From assembly GCA_016718205.1 (NCBI GenBank), contig JADKEB010000036.1:52148-116147 (forward strand): a stretch of DNA of 64,000 bases, written 5' to 3'. The DNA comes from Saprospiraceae bacterium. GTDB lineage: Bacteria; Bacteroidota; Bacteroidia; Chitinophagales; Saprospiraceae. Below, one piece after another: positions 53,086-63,917 of the stretch (the stretch's first letter is position 1; each line of letters opens with the position of its first letter). The notes under the pieces were generated by a model. It had not been told where the DNA came from, searched no databases, and saw only the letters and a list, made by a program, of their open reading frames with translations. The position numbers were made by a program, and so were the translations under genes.

Positions 53086-54306
53086 TTAAATTGTCACCGA
53101 CTTTTTAGGCGACAATTTTCCTGGTTTTCTATTATCAATGATATTGTAATTTTCCATTACTAAGGCAGCGGCACCTAAAAGTTCAGCATTATATTGCAGT
53201 TCAGAAATTTGGATTTCAAGATGTTCTGCTAATTTTGGAATACAATGTTCATTGAGTGCCTGTTGTATTGGTGTAATCCATAACTTTCCGGCTCGTGAGC
53301 CCCTTCCGCTGATGAGCACTAGTTCAGGATTTAAAAGATGTACAAGAATGGCAATTCCCCGTCCGATATGATATCCTGCTTCTGAAATCAAACTGACAGA
53401 AAATTTATCGCCATTGATAGCAGCATCAATTATCTTTTTAATAGATTGGTCTAAATCATCCAATGTTAATTCTTTCAGTACAGTTGGAGTTCCATTCCGG
53501 ATGCCGGAGATTGCTTTTTTAGTGATTACTAATAAGGATGTTTCTGTTTCTAAGCACCCCATTTTCCCACAGCTGCACATCTTGTCATTATTGAATAGAG
53601 GAAGGTGACTGAATTCTCCGGCAAAACCTCTGTCCCCGCGAAATATTGCTCCATTGATGATCATTCCAAGTCCCACACCCCAACCAATGTTCAAAACCAT
53701 CACATTCTTCCTGCCTTTAGCAGCCCCATATTTGTGTTCCGCTAATGCAATAAGGCTGGAATCATTGTCAATCAGTACCTTAAGTCCGATAGATGTTTCC
53801 AGATTTTTTTCAAGGTTATTGTCTGAAAAACTAAAAAATGAGTGATTTATACCTTTTTTGACATCGACAAAACCAGGCATACCTATTCCGACTCCTACAA
53901 TTTTGTTTCGGGGTATTCCGCATTCTTTAATATAATCATTTATAATTTTTACTAGAGATTGGAGCGTTTTTGGATCATTGTCAATTTTTAATTCATATTT
54001 TGCAACATCTCTCACTAAACTTCTGGACATGTCCACAATAGAAATTCTAGTGATATACTGGTCTAGAGCAACTGCGATGATATATTTATAATCGTTGAGG
54101 ATGGAATAATATTGCGCTGGCCTTCCTACAGCAAATATTGATGTGTTATCCTCGATTATTACGTTTTCATCTTTTAATTCATTGAGTAGTTTAGTTACAA
54201 ATGGAATGCTTTTGTCAGTTTTGTCACTTAATTCTGCAAGTGTAGAAGGTCCTGCAAAGAACATTTCTTTAATGATTGCCCTCTTATACAATTTTTGCTT
54301 TTCCAA
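53086..54306 (-). CDS. ROK-family transcriptional regulator (NagC/XylR-like)
   Basis: 406 aa. N-terminal winged-helix region, ROK sugar-kinase fold, and the Zn motif CSCGKMGCLE. Confidence 0.85.
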   Translation of the reverse strand: MEKQKLYKRAIIKEMFFAGPSTLAELSDKTDKSIPFVTKLLNELKDENVIIEDNTSIFAVGRPAQYYSILNDYKYIIAVALDQYITRISIVDMSRSLVRDVAKYELKIDNDPKTLQSLVKIINDYIKECGIPRNKIVGVGIGMPGFVDVKKGINHSFFSFSDNNLEKNLETSIGLKVLIDNDSSLIALAEHKYGAAKGRKNVMVLNIGWGVGLGMIINGAIFRGDRGFAGEFSHLPLFNNDKMCSCGKMGCLETETSLLVITKKAISGIRNGTPTVLKELTLDDLDQSIKKIIDAAINGDKFSVSLISEAGYHIGRGIAILVHLLNPELVLISGRGSRAGKLWITPIQQALNEHCIPKLAEHLEIQISELQYNAELLGAAALVMENYNIIDNRKPGKLSPKKSVTI

Positions 54307-54541
54307 AATTAAACACTTTTATATAAAAAAACATCACAAGATATTTAAATATATTAAAAATTACAAATAATTTTAATAACAATTATGAACTATTTGTATT
54401 TTGACTATTTTTAAAAGTAAAGGTAATATCCTGATAAGTGTTATCACAAAGTGTATGTCAAAATTTTTATTTTTGAGTTGATTTGAGAAATTTATGGCCC
54501 CGGAATTTCTGACTCTATGGATTTTGTAAGGGTATAAATAA

Positions 54542-55426
54542 TTATCCTATCTTAACTGATGTCATAGTGAGTGATCCGGCCACTGCCGTATCGTTAAAAA
54601 ACTCAGGATGGTCATTTTCTTCCTGAAGAGCCAAAATATAGAGTAGGGGCAGGTAATGTTCAGGTGATGGAATGGCAAGTTTCCAGGCCTTGCCTTGGTT
54701 TGTATAGTTGATCAGATTCAGATGATTTTTTTGGCTGATGTATTTTTTCATTTGATCTGATGCTTCATTGGCCCATTCATACCCGTAGCCTGGCAAGTGC
54801 ATTTTGTCCCAGGCGATCATTCCCAGATTATGTACCATATTACCACTACCGATTATCAAGATACCTCTGCTGCGAAGGACAGAAAGTTCTTTGGCAAGTT
54901 CATAATGGTAAGAAGGTGGTTTAGAGTAATCCAGGCTCATTTGTATCACGGGAATATCGGCCGCCGGGTATAGATGTTTTATTACACTCCAGGCACCATG
55001 ATCAAGTCCCCAATTTTGGTCCAGTTGAATATTGGTGCTTTTGATCATGGCTTGAGTCTCTATTGCCAATGCAGAATTTCCGGGTGCCGGATATTGAACA
55101 TCGAACAATTCCTTCGGAAATCCACCAAAATCATGAATAGTCTTTGGGTTTTCCATAGCTGTGACATAGGTGCCATTGGTTTCCCAATGTGCAGAAATAC
55201 ACAAAATGGCCTTGGGTCGCTCAATTCCTAACCCAATGGACCTGAAGCCACGAACAAAATCATTTTCTTCAATGGCATTCATCGGACTACCATGCCCCAG
55301 AAATAATGCCGGTAATTTCTCAGTAGCCGGTAATTTTTCGTTTAGTTTATTTAGTTCATTCGATTTCTTGGCACATCCCAAAAGGGGTAGTAAGCCCATG
55401 GTCTTTAAAAATTCTTTACGATCCAT
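54542..55426 (-). CDS. Class III extradiol dioxygenase (LigB / 4,5-DOPA dioxygenase, YgiD-like)
   Basis: Start taken at MDRKEFLKTMGLLPLLGCA. Motifs FLGHGSPMNAIE, DHGAWSV and GSGNMVHNL. Confidence 0.8.
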   Translation of the reverse strand: MDRKEFLKTMGLLPLLGCAKKSNELNKLNEKLPATEKLPALFLGHGSPMNAIEENDFVRGFRSIGLGIERPKAILCISAHWETNGTYVTAMENPKTIHDFGGFPKELFDVQYPAPGNSALAIETQAMIKSTNIQLDQNWGLDHGAWSVIKHLYPAADIPVIQMSLDYSKPPSYHYELAKELSVLRSRGILIIGSGNMVHNLGMIAWDKMHLPGYGYEWANEASDQMKKYISQKNHLNLINYTNQGKAWKLAIPSPEHYLPLLYILALQEENDHPEFFNDTAVAGSLTMTSVKIG

Positions 55427-55527
55427 AACCTGACAATAATATTTGTTACAACAAATATAATGGGATTTTATCACAAAAGTTCATTTTGTACCACTGGTTT
55501 AATGTCATGTTAAATATCTACAGAGTT

Positions 55528-56457
55528 TTATTTAGGATCACAATCTCTGTAAGCCTGTATTAGTTTTAACTCTCCTTCTTTACCACCCTGCGACTTACCG
55601 TGTTCCATACCAAGAATCAGATTTTTGCCTTCTGCTTTTGATTTATCCTGTATTTTTTTAAATAGATATTTGTAATTTATTTCACCGGAATTGGGTTCAT
55701 TGCGACCAGGTTCATCACCTATTTGAAAGTAAGCTATTTCATCCCAAGTAAGGTCAATATTTCGGGATATTCTGCCTTCGTTTTTTTGCATATGGTAGAT
55801 ATCAAATAGTATCTTGCAGGCAGGGCTATTTACCGCTTTACATATCATATGAGTTTGGTCAGTATATCTCAAAAACAAGTCTGGTGTATCAGAAAGTGGT
55901 TCGAGTACCATGACCAAATTATTAGGTTCAAATATTGCTGCACCACTTCTCAAGGTATCTATCACATGGCTTGTCTGAATGCCTATAGGCAATGAACGGT
56001 CGTAGTTGCCTGGTACCACAGTCATGAAAGTAGCGCCTGTCCGTTTTGCTACATCTACAGCATCTTTGCATGTACGGGTAAATTTTTGTTTCCACTCATC
56101 TTTTCCCGTCGTCATTGAAGATTGCAAAGGCCAATTGTCAAACGCAACCACAAATACACCCATTTTCATCCCCAATTTTCCTAACATATTACCTATTTTT
56201 TCCTGCATTTCAGGAGTTCGTCCCATCATTCCATTGTCTTCTATAGCCCTGAATCCTCGCTCATGCATATACTTGATCTGATCCAAAAGGTCTTTGCCGG
56301 CATGGTTTTCAAACATGCCAAAATGTGGTGCAAAAAGCATATTGTATGGATTGTCATTGAACAAAGACTCTGATGGATGGGTGATTTCTGCTGTCAGCCC
56401 TATTCCTGTGGAGACAAGAGCAGAATTTTTTAGAAATGTTCTTCTTGAAAGTGGCAT
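55528..56457 (-). CDS. Xylose-isomerase-like TIM-barrel protein (hydroxypyruvate isomerase family) with a Tat-type signal
   Basis: 309 aa. MPLSRRTFLKNSALVSTG twin-arginine-like leader. VLEPLS and FQIGDEPGRNEP motifs. Confidence 0.7.
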   Translation of the reverse strand: MPLSRRTFLKNSALVSTGIGLTAEITHPSESLFNDNPYNMLFAPHFGMFENHAGKDLLDQIKYMHERGFRAIEDNGMMGRTPEMQEKIGNMLGKLGMKMGVFVVAFDNWPLQSSMTTGKDEWKQKFTRTCKDAVDVAKRTGATFMTVVPGNYDRSLPIGIQTSHVIDTLRSGAAIFEPNNLVMVLEPLSDTPDLFLRYTDQTHMICKAVNSPACKILFDIYHMQKNEGRISRNIDLTWDEIAYFQIGDEPGRNEPNSGEINYKYLFKKIQDKSKAEGKNLILGMEHGKSQGGKEGELKLIQAYRDCDPK

Positions 56458-56664
56458 GATTATTTTTTAAAACAAATATATTAAATAGAATTACTTCTAT
56501 ATCATCAACTCCAAAATAAAAGTCAAAAAAGCCATTTTTTATTTTACGCCCAAAAAAATACTGTGAATATTTTAACATATCGGCTGCAATAGTCATTAAA
56601 TATAAAGTTAGCAGGTTCCGATGCAATCCGGATTTGGAGTCATTTAAGTTTAGTCTTTTTGACT

Positions 56665-57282
56665 TTAGCCGACGATCTTACACATCGGACAATTCTCTTT
56701 GACGTGGCTGCGCGCAGGACAATATTCACGACCAAAAAAAATAATTTGCAAGTGTAACTTGTTCCATATAGCTTCCGGAAAAAGCTTTTTCAGATCCTTT
56801 TCTGTCTGCTCGACATTTTTGCCTGACGTAAGTCCCCATCGCTGAGCCAATCTATGAATGTGTGTATCTACAGGAAATGCAGGAACTCCAAAAGCCTGAC
56901 TCATCACTACTGAAGCCGTTTTATGTCCAACTCCGGGCAATGCTTCTAAATCTTCGAAATTGGCAGGCACTCTTCCTTGATGTTTATTCATAATAATGGC
57001 AGAAAGATCAGATATGGCCTTTGATTTCCTGGGCGCAAGGCCGCAAGGGCGTATTATATTTTCTATATCAGAAACCTTTTTTGAAGACATATCGTAAGGA
57101 TTGTCCGCCAATACAAACAACGCAGGGGTTACCTTATTTACTCTTTCATCGGTACACTGTGCAGAAAGGAGGACGGAGACCAGCAAAGTATAAGGGTCTT
57201 TATGTTGCAGGGGTATTGGAGTTTCCGGATATAGAGATTCCAGAGTATTGATGATGAATTGTATTTTTTCCTTTTGCATCAT
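56665..57282 (-). CDS. nth: Endonuclease III
   Basis: 205 aa. LVSVLLSAQCTDERVN, the HhH-GPD motif LPGVGHKTASVV...PVDTHIHR, and a C-terminal Cys cluster. Confidence 0.9.
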   Translation of the reverse strand: MMQKEKIQFIINTLESLYPETPIPLQHKDPYTLLVSVLLSAQCTDERVNKVTPALFVLADNPYDMSSKKVSDIENIIRPCGLAPRKSKAISDLSAIIMNKHQGRVPANFEDLEALPGVGHKTASVVMSQAFGVPAFPVDTHIHRLAQRWGLTSGKNVEQTEKDLKKLFPEAIWNKLHLQIIFFGREYCPARSHVKENCPMCKIVG

Positions 57283-58331
57283 ATAGTATCCGGGCTATTT
57301 TGATTGGAAATAATCATAATTTTGTCACCTTGAATTTCAAAAACCGAATCCAACTTTCCTTCAATCAGTGGAGCTACTATACCATCCATCAGCTTTACAT
57401 CTGTATCTATTACCCTGGCTTCATGCCAGCAATTGCTTGAAATAAAGCTTTTTAACAGAGAAGCACCTCCTTCAATCAAGACTGAAGAAATACCTGCGTT
57501 AAATATTTTACTCATCACTTCCCGACAATCACCCATATTATCCACTTTGATATATGACAAGGGTTTGTCATTCAGACCTTTGATGCTATTGATAACGATG
57601 CTTGGATTTTGGTCTGAAAGTATCTTCAAACCCTGATCCGTACTTAAGTGTGTATCCATCAAAATTCTGACAGGAGAAATTCCGGAATAATGTCTTACAT
57701 CAAGTGAGGGATTGTCTATCAGGGCTGTATTTTTTCCTATCATGATGCCTTCGACCTCACTACGCCATTTGTGCGTGAGGATATTGGTGTAAGCATTTGT
57801 GAGCCATGTTTGGGTATTTTGCTTTGAAATAAAATGGTCAGAAGACTTAGCCCACTTGAGGATAATATAGGGTATACCATTCAGATTTGCCTTAAATTTT
57901 GTAAGTAATTTCTGACATTCAGCTTTAAGGACAGGTACAGTGACATCAATACCTTGAGTTTTTAGATAACTGATACCTCGACCAGCCACTACAGGATTGG
58001 GATCGATACAGCCTATGACTACATTTTTGATGCCTTCGCTTGCTATCCTGTGTGCACAAGCCGGAGTTTTTCCTACATGAGCGCATGGTTCGAGGCTGAC
58101 GTACATAGTGGAGTGGGGTAGTAAGGACCTGTCATGATCTATTACATCATTCAGCGCGTTTACTTCAGCATGGTGTTCTCCGTATTTTTGATGGTAGCCT
58201 TCCCCTATGATACGATTTTGATATACTATGACACAACCTACCATGGGGTTGGTGAAAGTATGCCGGATCCCTTTTTTTGCAAGTGTTATACATCTTTGCA
58301 TGTATAATGTTTCTGCTTGTGATCCGGCCAT
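57279..58331 (-). CDS. ribD: Bifunctional riboflavin biosynthesis deaminase/reductase
   Basis: 350 aa. The deaminase zinc motifs HAEVNAL and LEPCAHVGKTPAC, plus a C-terminal reductase domain. Overlaps nth by 4 nt. Confidence 0.9.
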   Translation of the reverse strand: MAGSQAETLYMQRCITLAKKGIRHTFTNPMVGCVIVYQNRIIGEGYHQKYGEHHAEVNALNDVIDHDRSLLPHSTMYVSLEPCAHVGKTPACAHRIASEGIKNVVIGCIDPNPVVAGRGISYLKTQGIDVTVPVLKAECQKLLTKFKANLNGIPYIILKWAKSSDHFISKQNTQTWLTNAYTNILTHKWRSEVEGIMIGKNTALIDNPSLDVRHYSGISPVRILMDTHLSTDQGLKILSDQNPSIVINSIKGLNDKPLSYIKVDNMGDCREVMSKIFNAGISSVLIEGGASLLKSFISSNCWHEARVIDTDVKLMDGIVAPLIEGKLDSVFEIQGDKIMIISNQNSPDTI

Positions 58332-58355
58332 GTTAAATGTCTTCAGATAGTTGTG

Positions 58356-61300
58356 TTACCTGCCGTGGCAGTGTTTAAATTTTTTACCGCTTCCACACGG
58401 GCACAAATCATTTCTGCCTATTTTTTCTTCTGTCCTTCTGAAAGTTTCCACTTTTTCTGTTTTTTTGGATACACCTTCAGCGGCTTGCCTCATTGCTTCT
58501 TCTTCACGGCTTGTCCTCACTCTGGAAAGGTCAGTTTTCTGAACTTTAGCTTCCCTGACTTCTTGTTGGATAAGGAGTTTGCCATTAAGAAGGTAAGCTG
58601 ATACATCCTTGTTAATCTTATTTACCAGCTCTTCAAACAAGTTGTAAGCTTCAATTTTATACTTGACCAATGGATCTTTTTGCTCAAATGAAGCTGCTTG
58701 TACCGCATCCTTAAGTTCGTCCATGCTTCTGAGATGCTCTTTCCAATGGTCATCAATTATGGCCAGGGTGATCGTTTTTTCTATATCTCTCATGATGGAA
58801 CCACCCTTGCTGTCCACAGCTACTTTCAGGTCTGCAGCGATAGGAAGTGGATTTGTACGCCCATCGGTAAACGGTATTGCTATTCTTTTGTACAAATGGC
58901 CTTGATTCTCATATACATTCGTTATAGTAGGCAAAAGGATATTTGTAATTTGTTCTGATTTATGATGGTACTGATCATTCACTTCCTGTAAGGTTTGATC
59001 TATCAGGTCATCCACGGATGTGGATTTAAATGTTTCAAGATCTATCTTAGGGTTCATACCTAAGGATGTGAGGTAATCAAACTTGAAGCCCTCGTAATCA
59101 TTGGCTTTTTTGTTAGTATCTACAATGTATTCAACAGAACCGACCAGCATATTATGAATATCTACAGCGATTCTGTCGCCATTCAGAGCATTGTTTCTTT
59201 TTTTGTAAATCGCCTCCCGTTGTATGTTCATGACATCATCATACTCCAGCAGTCTTTTCCTTATTCCAAAGTTATTTTCTTCGACTTTTTTCTGAGCTCG
59301 TTCGATAGATTTTGTCACCATACTATGCTGGATAACTTCTCCTTCTTTGTGACCCATTTTGTCCATCATGCCAGCTATTCTTTCTGATTGAAATAGCCTC
59401 ATCAGATTGTCTTCCAGCGATACATAAAATTGTGAAGTACCAGGGTCACCTTGTCTTCCGGCTCTACCTCTGAGCTGCCTGTCAACCCTTCGCGAATCGT
59501 GCCTTTCTGTAGCTATGATGGCAAGTCCTCCTGCTTTTTTGACCTCATCACCGATCTTGATATCTGTACCTCTACCTGCCATGTTGGTAGCGATGGTTAC
59601 ACCACCTGGTTTTCCTGCTTCGGCCACAATTTCAGCTTCCCGTTGGTGTTGTTTTGCGTTCAGGACATTGTGTTTGACATTTCTCATATTCAGCATCCTA
59701 CTGAGCAATTCTGAAACTTCCACTGATGTGGTACCTACGAGCACTGGCCTGCCGTTGGCCGTCAGGATGCCGATTTCTTCTATGACAGCATTGAATTTTT
59801 CTCTTGCCGTTTTGAAGAATAAATCTTCTTTATCATCTCTCACTATCGGTTTGTTGGTAGGGATTACTACAACATCCAGCTTGTAAATTTCCCAAAATTC
59901 ACCTGCTTCTGTCTCAGCAGTACCAGTCATACCAGCGAGCTTATGGTACATACGGAAATAGTTCTGCAATGTGATAGTGGCATATGTTTGGGTGATATCT
60001 CCTATTTTTACACCTTCTTTGGCTTCAAGGGCCTGGTGTAACCCATCTGAGTATCTTCTACCTTCCATCATACGCCCTGTCTGCTCATCTACAATTTTTA
60101 CTTCTTCATTGATGACTACATATTCCTGGTCTTTGTCAAATAGGGTATAAGCTTTTAGCAATTGACTCGTTGCATGCAGCCTTCGGGACTTCACCGCATA
60201 ATCCTGAATTAAAGTTTCTTTTTGCTCAGTGAGATCGATGTTTTCTTTTGCTTCTTTTGTGGTTATTTCCTGAATATGCTGAGTGATATCAGGCATTACA
60301 AAAAAACTAAGATCATTCTCGCCTTTTGACAGATATTCTATACCTTTATCTGTGAGTTCAACTGATCTGTTTTTCTCATCAATAGTAAAATAAAGCGGAC
60401 CATCAGCCAAATGCATATTTCGACTTTGCTCCTGCATGTAGAAGTTTTCCGTTTTTTGCAGTATTACTTTGACCCCTTCTTCACTCAAAAACTTAATCAA
60501 TGGGCGATATTTTGGCAACGCTCTGAAGACTCTAAATAGAGCTAATCCACCTTCACCCTCCTGGTTTCCGGTATTACCGTCTTTTATAAGTTTTCTTGCT
60601 TCAGCAAGATATTCGGTAGCCAATTGACGCTGGACACTAAAAAGTTTTTCGATTTTGGGTTTAAGTTCCACATATTCCTGCTCTTCAAGTCCCTGAGGGA
60701 CAGGTCCGGAAATGATAAGTGGCGTCCTTGCATCATCTACGAGGACAGAGTCTACCTCATCCACCATGGCATAATGATGTTTCACCTGGACAAGTTCTTC
60801 TTTATCCCTGACCATATTGTCGCGTAGATAATCAAAACCAAACTCATTGTTGGTGCCGTAGGTGATATCGCATCTGTATGCACCAATTCTCTCAGGAGAG
60901 TGAGGCTTGTATTTGTCTATACAATCTACTGTAAGCAATAGAAACTGGAATATGGGTCCTACCCACTCACTATCCCGTCTTGCAAGGTAATCATTGACTG
61001 TGATGATGTGGACACCCAGTCCGGCAAGTCCGTTGAGGTAGGCAGGTAATGTGGCAACCAATGTTTTTCCTTCTCCCGTAGCCATTTCAGCAATCTTTCC
61101 TTCATGAAGCACCATACCGCCTATCAATTGAACATCGTAATGAAGCATATTCCATGTGACATCACCTCCTGCTGCTTTCCAGCTATTTTTCCATATAGCC
61201 TTGTCCCCGTCAATCATGACAAAATCCCTTGAAACTGCCAGATTTCGGTCGTGTTCTGTTGCTGTAACTTCAAGAGTGGTGTTATCTTTAAATCTTTTGG

Positions 61301-61649
61301 CAGTTTCTTTCACGACTGCAAAAGCTTCGGGCAAAATTTCTTTTAATGTACTTTCCAGATATTTATTTCTTTCCTTTTTAAGAGCATCTACTTCGTTGAA
61401 TATGATTTCTTTTTGTGTAAAATCCTCCTCATTTTGAGCTTTGCTGGTCAAAGCTTCAATATCTGCATCTATATCTGTCAGACTTTCTTTGATCCTTTGT
61501 CTGAATTCTAGAGTTTTGTTTCTTAAGGCATCGTTTGAAAGACCTTGGTATGAGTCATAAAACAGATTTGTCTGTTTTACAACTTCTGAATACAGCTTGA
61601 CATCCTTTTCGTGTTTATTGCCAAAGATATTTTTTAAAAAATTGAACAT
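58356..61649 (-). CDS. secA: Preprotein translocase ATPase SecA
   Basis: 1,097 aa. MATGEGKTLVATLPAYLN (Walker A), DEVDSVLVDDARTPLIISG, TNMAGRGTDI, and the C-terminal zinc finger CPCGSGKKFKHCHG. Confidence 0.95.
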   Translation of the reverse strand: MFNFLKNIFGNKHEKDVKLYSEVVKQTNLFYDSYQGLSNDALRNKTLEFRQRIKESLTDIDADIEALTSKAQNEEDFTQKEIIFNEVDALKKERNKYLESTLKEILPEAFAVVKETAKRFKDNTTLEVTATEHDRNLAVSRDFVMIDGDKAIWKNSWKAAGGDVTWNMLHYDVQLIGGMVLHEGKIAEMATGEGKTLVATLPAYLNGLAGLGVHIITVNDYLARRDSEWVGPIFQFLLLTVDCIDKYKPHSPERIGAYRCDITYGTNNEFGFDYLRDNMVRDKEELVQVKHHYAMVDEVDSVLVDDARTPLIISGPVPQGLEEQEYVELKPKIEKLFSVQRQLATEYLAEARKLIKDGNTGNQEGEGGLALFRVFRALPKYRPLIKFLSEEGVKVILQKTENFYMQEQSRNMHLADGPLYFTIDEKNRSVELTDKGIEYLSKGENDLSFFVMPDITQHIQEITTKEAKENIDLTEQKETLIQDYAVKSRRLHATSQLLKAYTLFDKDQEYVVINEEVKIVDEQTGRMMEGRRYSDGLHQALEAKEGVKIGDITQTYATITLQNYFRMYHKLAGMTGTAETEAGEFWEIYKLDVVVIPTNKPIVRDDKEDLFFKTAREKFNAVIEEIGILTANGRPVLVGTTSVEVSELLSRMLNMRNVKHNVLNAKQHQREAEIVAEAGKPGGVTIATNMAGRGTDIKIGDEVKKAGGLAIIATERHDSRRVDRQLRGRAGRQGDPGTSQFYVSLEDNLMRLFQSERIAGMMDKMGHKEGEVIQHSMVTKSIERAQKKVEENNFGIRKRLLEYDDVMNIQREAIYKKRNNALNGDRIAVDIHNMLVGSVEYIVDTNKKANDYEGFKFDYLTSLGMNPKIDLETFKSTSVDDLIDQTLQEVNDQYHHKSEQITNILLPTITNVYENQGHLYKRIAIPFTDGRTNPLPIAADLKVAVDSKGGSIMRDIEKTITLAIIDDHWKEHLRSMDELKDAVQAASFEQKDPLVKYKIEAYNLFEELVNKINKDVSAYLLNGKLLIQQEVREAKVQKTDLSRVRTSREEEAMRQAAEGVSKKTEKVETFRRTEEKIGRNDLCPCGSGKKFKHCHGR

Positions 61650-62171
61650 ATCTATTTATTTTATTTGAATGCTAGGATAATTAAAGGGTATGGTGTTGGG
61701 TATATTGAAAAATCTGCTGTTGGAGTGAAAGTGATAAAAGTTATTTCATTTAACCACAACCGCGGTGCAAAGATATGAATATATGTAATATCATTATAAA
61801 GTATTATACCTTTCCAAAATCATTCCAAAGATATTATTCTGACAAAATGACATGATTTTATTTTTGACCTTATATTATTGTCTGTTTTTATCTAAGAAAT
61901 GTTTTTTTTTGGCATATCTAAAAATGAACGACTTCATACTGTTCAATCTATAAATGGGAATTTTATACATTTTTCTTTTAGGCTATTTTTAGACTAAAAC
62001 AATAGAAGTCATTCGTCGTTATGAGATATTAATATGTCTTCGGCATTCGTACTTTTATAACAAACAAATTCGGATTAAATGATTGGTGATAGAAATTATA
62101 TTTTGATTTATTCTTTATTAATATGTTTTATTTGGTGTAAATTCATCATTTTGAACTTGTTTAAAATATTA

Positions 62172-62206
62172 TTTGGTAGTTATTATCAAATTTATGTTTA
62201 ATTTTG
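62172..62206 (+). promoter_or_regulatory. Candidate Bacteroidota sigma-A promoter (-33 TTTG / -7 TAATTTTG)
   Basis: TAATTTTG at 62199..62206 matches the published TAnnTTTG -7 consensus, 20 nt before the ATG. A TTTG lies at 62172..62175. Confidence 0.3.
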
Positions 62207-62225
62207 CGCAAAAAATATACTTAAA

Positions 62226-63917
62226 ATGTTTGACTGGTTTAGAAATCTTTTCTTCCCGACCGATACCCCCGATATCACTCAATCTATTATTGCCATCCTG
62301 ATCACAATTGGTTTAGGTGTCCTCCTTGGGAGGCTTAAATTTAACAAAGTATCATTAGGTGTATCTGCAGTGATGTTCACTGGGATATTTTTAGGGCATT
62401 ATGGTTTTGTCGTAAAACAGGATATTTCTACTTTTATTAGGGATTTTGGGTTGATCCTCTTTGTTTATGCCATAGGCATACAAGTGGGACCATCATTTTT
62501 TTCTTCTTTCAGAAAGGAAGGCATTAGATACAATGCATTGGCAGTAACTACTGTATTGTTGGGCGGAGTCATCACTTTTATCATTTATAAAATCAGTGAT
62601 ATGGGCATAGCCAACGCAGTAGGGCTGATGTCAGGCTCAGTGACCAATACTCCCGGACTTGGTGCTGCCAAATCATCCCTACACGAAATAGAACTTCAGT
62701 TTGCAGGCAAACAATTTGCTGATCCCGCTGTGGCATATGCGATTACATACCCTATGGGTGTCCTTGGAGTCATCTCTGTCATCATCCTGACAAAAGTCAT
62801 ATTCAAGGTAAACATCAAGGAAGAATTAGCAAAAGTACAAAATAAATCAGGTCAGGATGCATCAGGGCTTGTCAGAAAAAAATGTCGTGTCGCCAGCCCA
62901 GAAGTATTTGGAAAAAGCATATATCACATTATGAGAGATTTCAGTCTCAATGATATCATTATATCAAGACTAAAACACAGCGGTTCGTCGGAAGTGTTTT
63001 CTCCTCCTATGGATACAAGACTTTCTGATAAAGACGTCATGATGGTGGTCGGTACCGCTGATATGGTAGAAAAATTTATTGATATAATAGGGAAAGAATC
63101 ATCAGATCAGTTGATAGAAGATGAAAAAGATGTAGTTAGCAAAACCATATTTGTAACGAAAAAATCTGCTTCTCACAAGACTCTGGCTGAGCTGGATTTG
63201 TTCAATAAATATGGATTGAAAGTTACACGCGTATTTCGGTCAGGTATGGAATTATTGGCATCACCTTCGCTGGAGTTATATTATGGGGACAGGATAAGGG
63301 TAGTCGGTGATAAGGATGATATAGCTGAAGTAGAAAGAATCATTGGAAATTCAGAGAAAAAGTTGCTTGAACCGGATTTTTTATCTCTTTTTGGAGGCTT
63401 GGTTATCGGTATTATTATTGGTTCCATTCCTATTGCCATTCCTTCACTTCCAGTTCCAATCAAACTTGGTTTTGCGGCCGGTCCATTGCTTGCAGCATTG
63501 ATGATCAGCAGATACGGCGGTATAGGCGTGATACATTCCTACATCAATAATGGAGCTATACATTTCATGAAGGACCTCGGGATTTGTTTGTTTTTTGCAT
63601 CTGTAGGTTTGCATGCCGGTACTCATTTTTATGAAAATTTTACTCAGAACAACGGTTGGTTATGGATATTTTATGGAGCCTTCATCACATTTGTTCCTCT
63701 GATATTTATGGTCTTTGTTGGCAAAGTCATCATGAAAATCAACTATGCAAAACTCATTGGTTTGATGAGTGGGTCGTATACTGATCCCGCAGCACTTGCA
63801 TTTTCCAATGGTTATATAGATTCAGACGTACCTACACAATCTTATGCTACTGTGTATCCATTGGTGACTATTTTCAGGATTTTTGTTGCCCAAATTTTGA
63901 TATTACTTTGCTTTTAA
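62226..63917 (+). CDS. AAE-family (YidE/YbjL/AspT-like) transporter with two central RCK_C (TrkA-C) domains
   Basis: 563 aa. Two 5-6-TM halves flank two soluble repeats (RKKCRVASPEVFGKSI...DVMMVVG and KTIFVTKKSASHKTLAEL...GDRIRVVG). Confidence 0.8.
   Translation: MFDWFRNLFFPTDTPDITQSIIAILITIGLGVLLGRLKFNKVSLGVSAVMFTGIFLGHYGFVVKQDISTFIRDFGLILFVYAIGIQVGPSFFSSFRKEGIRYNALAVTTVLLGGVITFIIYKISDMGIANAVGLMSGSVTNTPGLGAAKSSLHEIELQFAGKQFADPAVAYAITYPMGVLGVISVIILTKVIFKVNIKEELAKVQNKSGQDASGLVRKKCRVASPEVFGKSIYHIMRDFSLNDIIISRLKHSGSSEVFSPPMDTRLSDKDVMMVVGTADMVEKFIDIIGKESSDQLIEDEKDVVSKTIFVTKKSASHKTLAELDLFNKYGLKVTRVFRSGMELLASPSLELYYGDRIRVVGDKDDIAEVERIIGNSEKKLLEPDFLSLFGGLVIGIIIGSIPIAIPSLPVPIKLGFAAGPLLAALMISRYGGIGVIHSYINNGAIHFMKDLGICLFFASVGLHAGTHFYENFTQNNGWLWIFYGAFITFVPLIFMVFVGKVIMKINYAKLIGLMSGSYTDPAALAFSNGYIDSDVPTQSYATVYPLVTIFRIFVAQILILLCF

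Noticed and set aside
56354-56626. A 90-aa minus-strand ORF upstream of, and overlapping the start of, the TIM-barrel isomerase gene.
   Set aside because: It overlaps the Tat-leader-containing true start, has an AT-rich low-complexity translation, and is most likely promoter or leader DNA.
58332-58355. An FMN riboswitch upstream of ribD.
   Set aside because: Only 24 nt separate ribD from the end of secA. There is no room for the ~140-nt RFN element, and no RFN-like conserved stems were seen.
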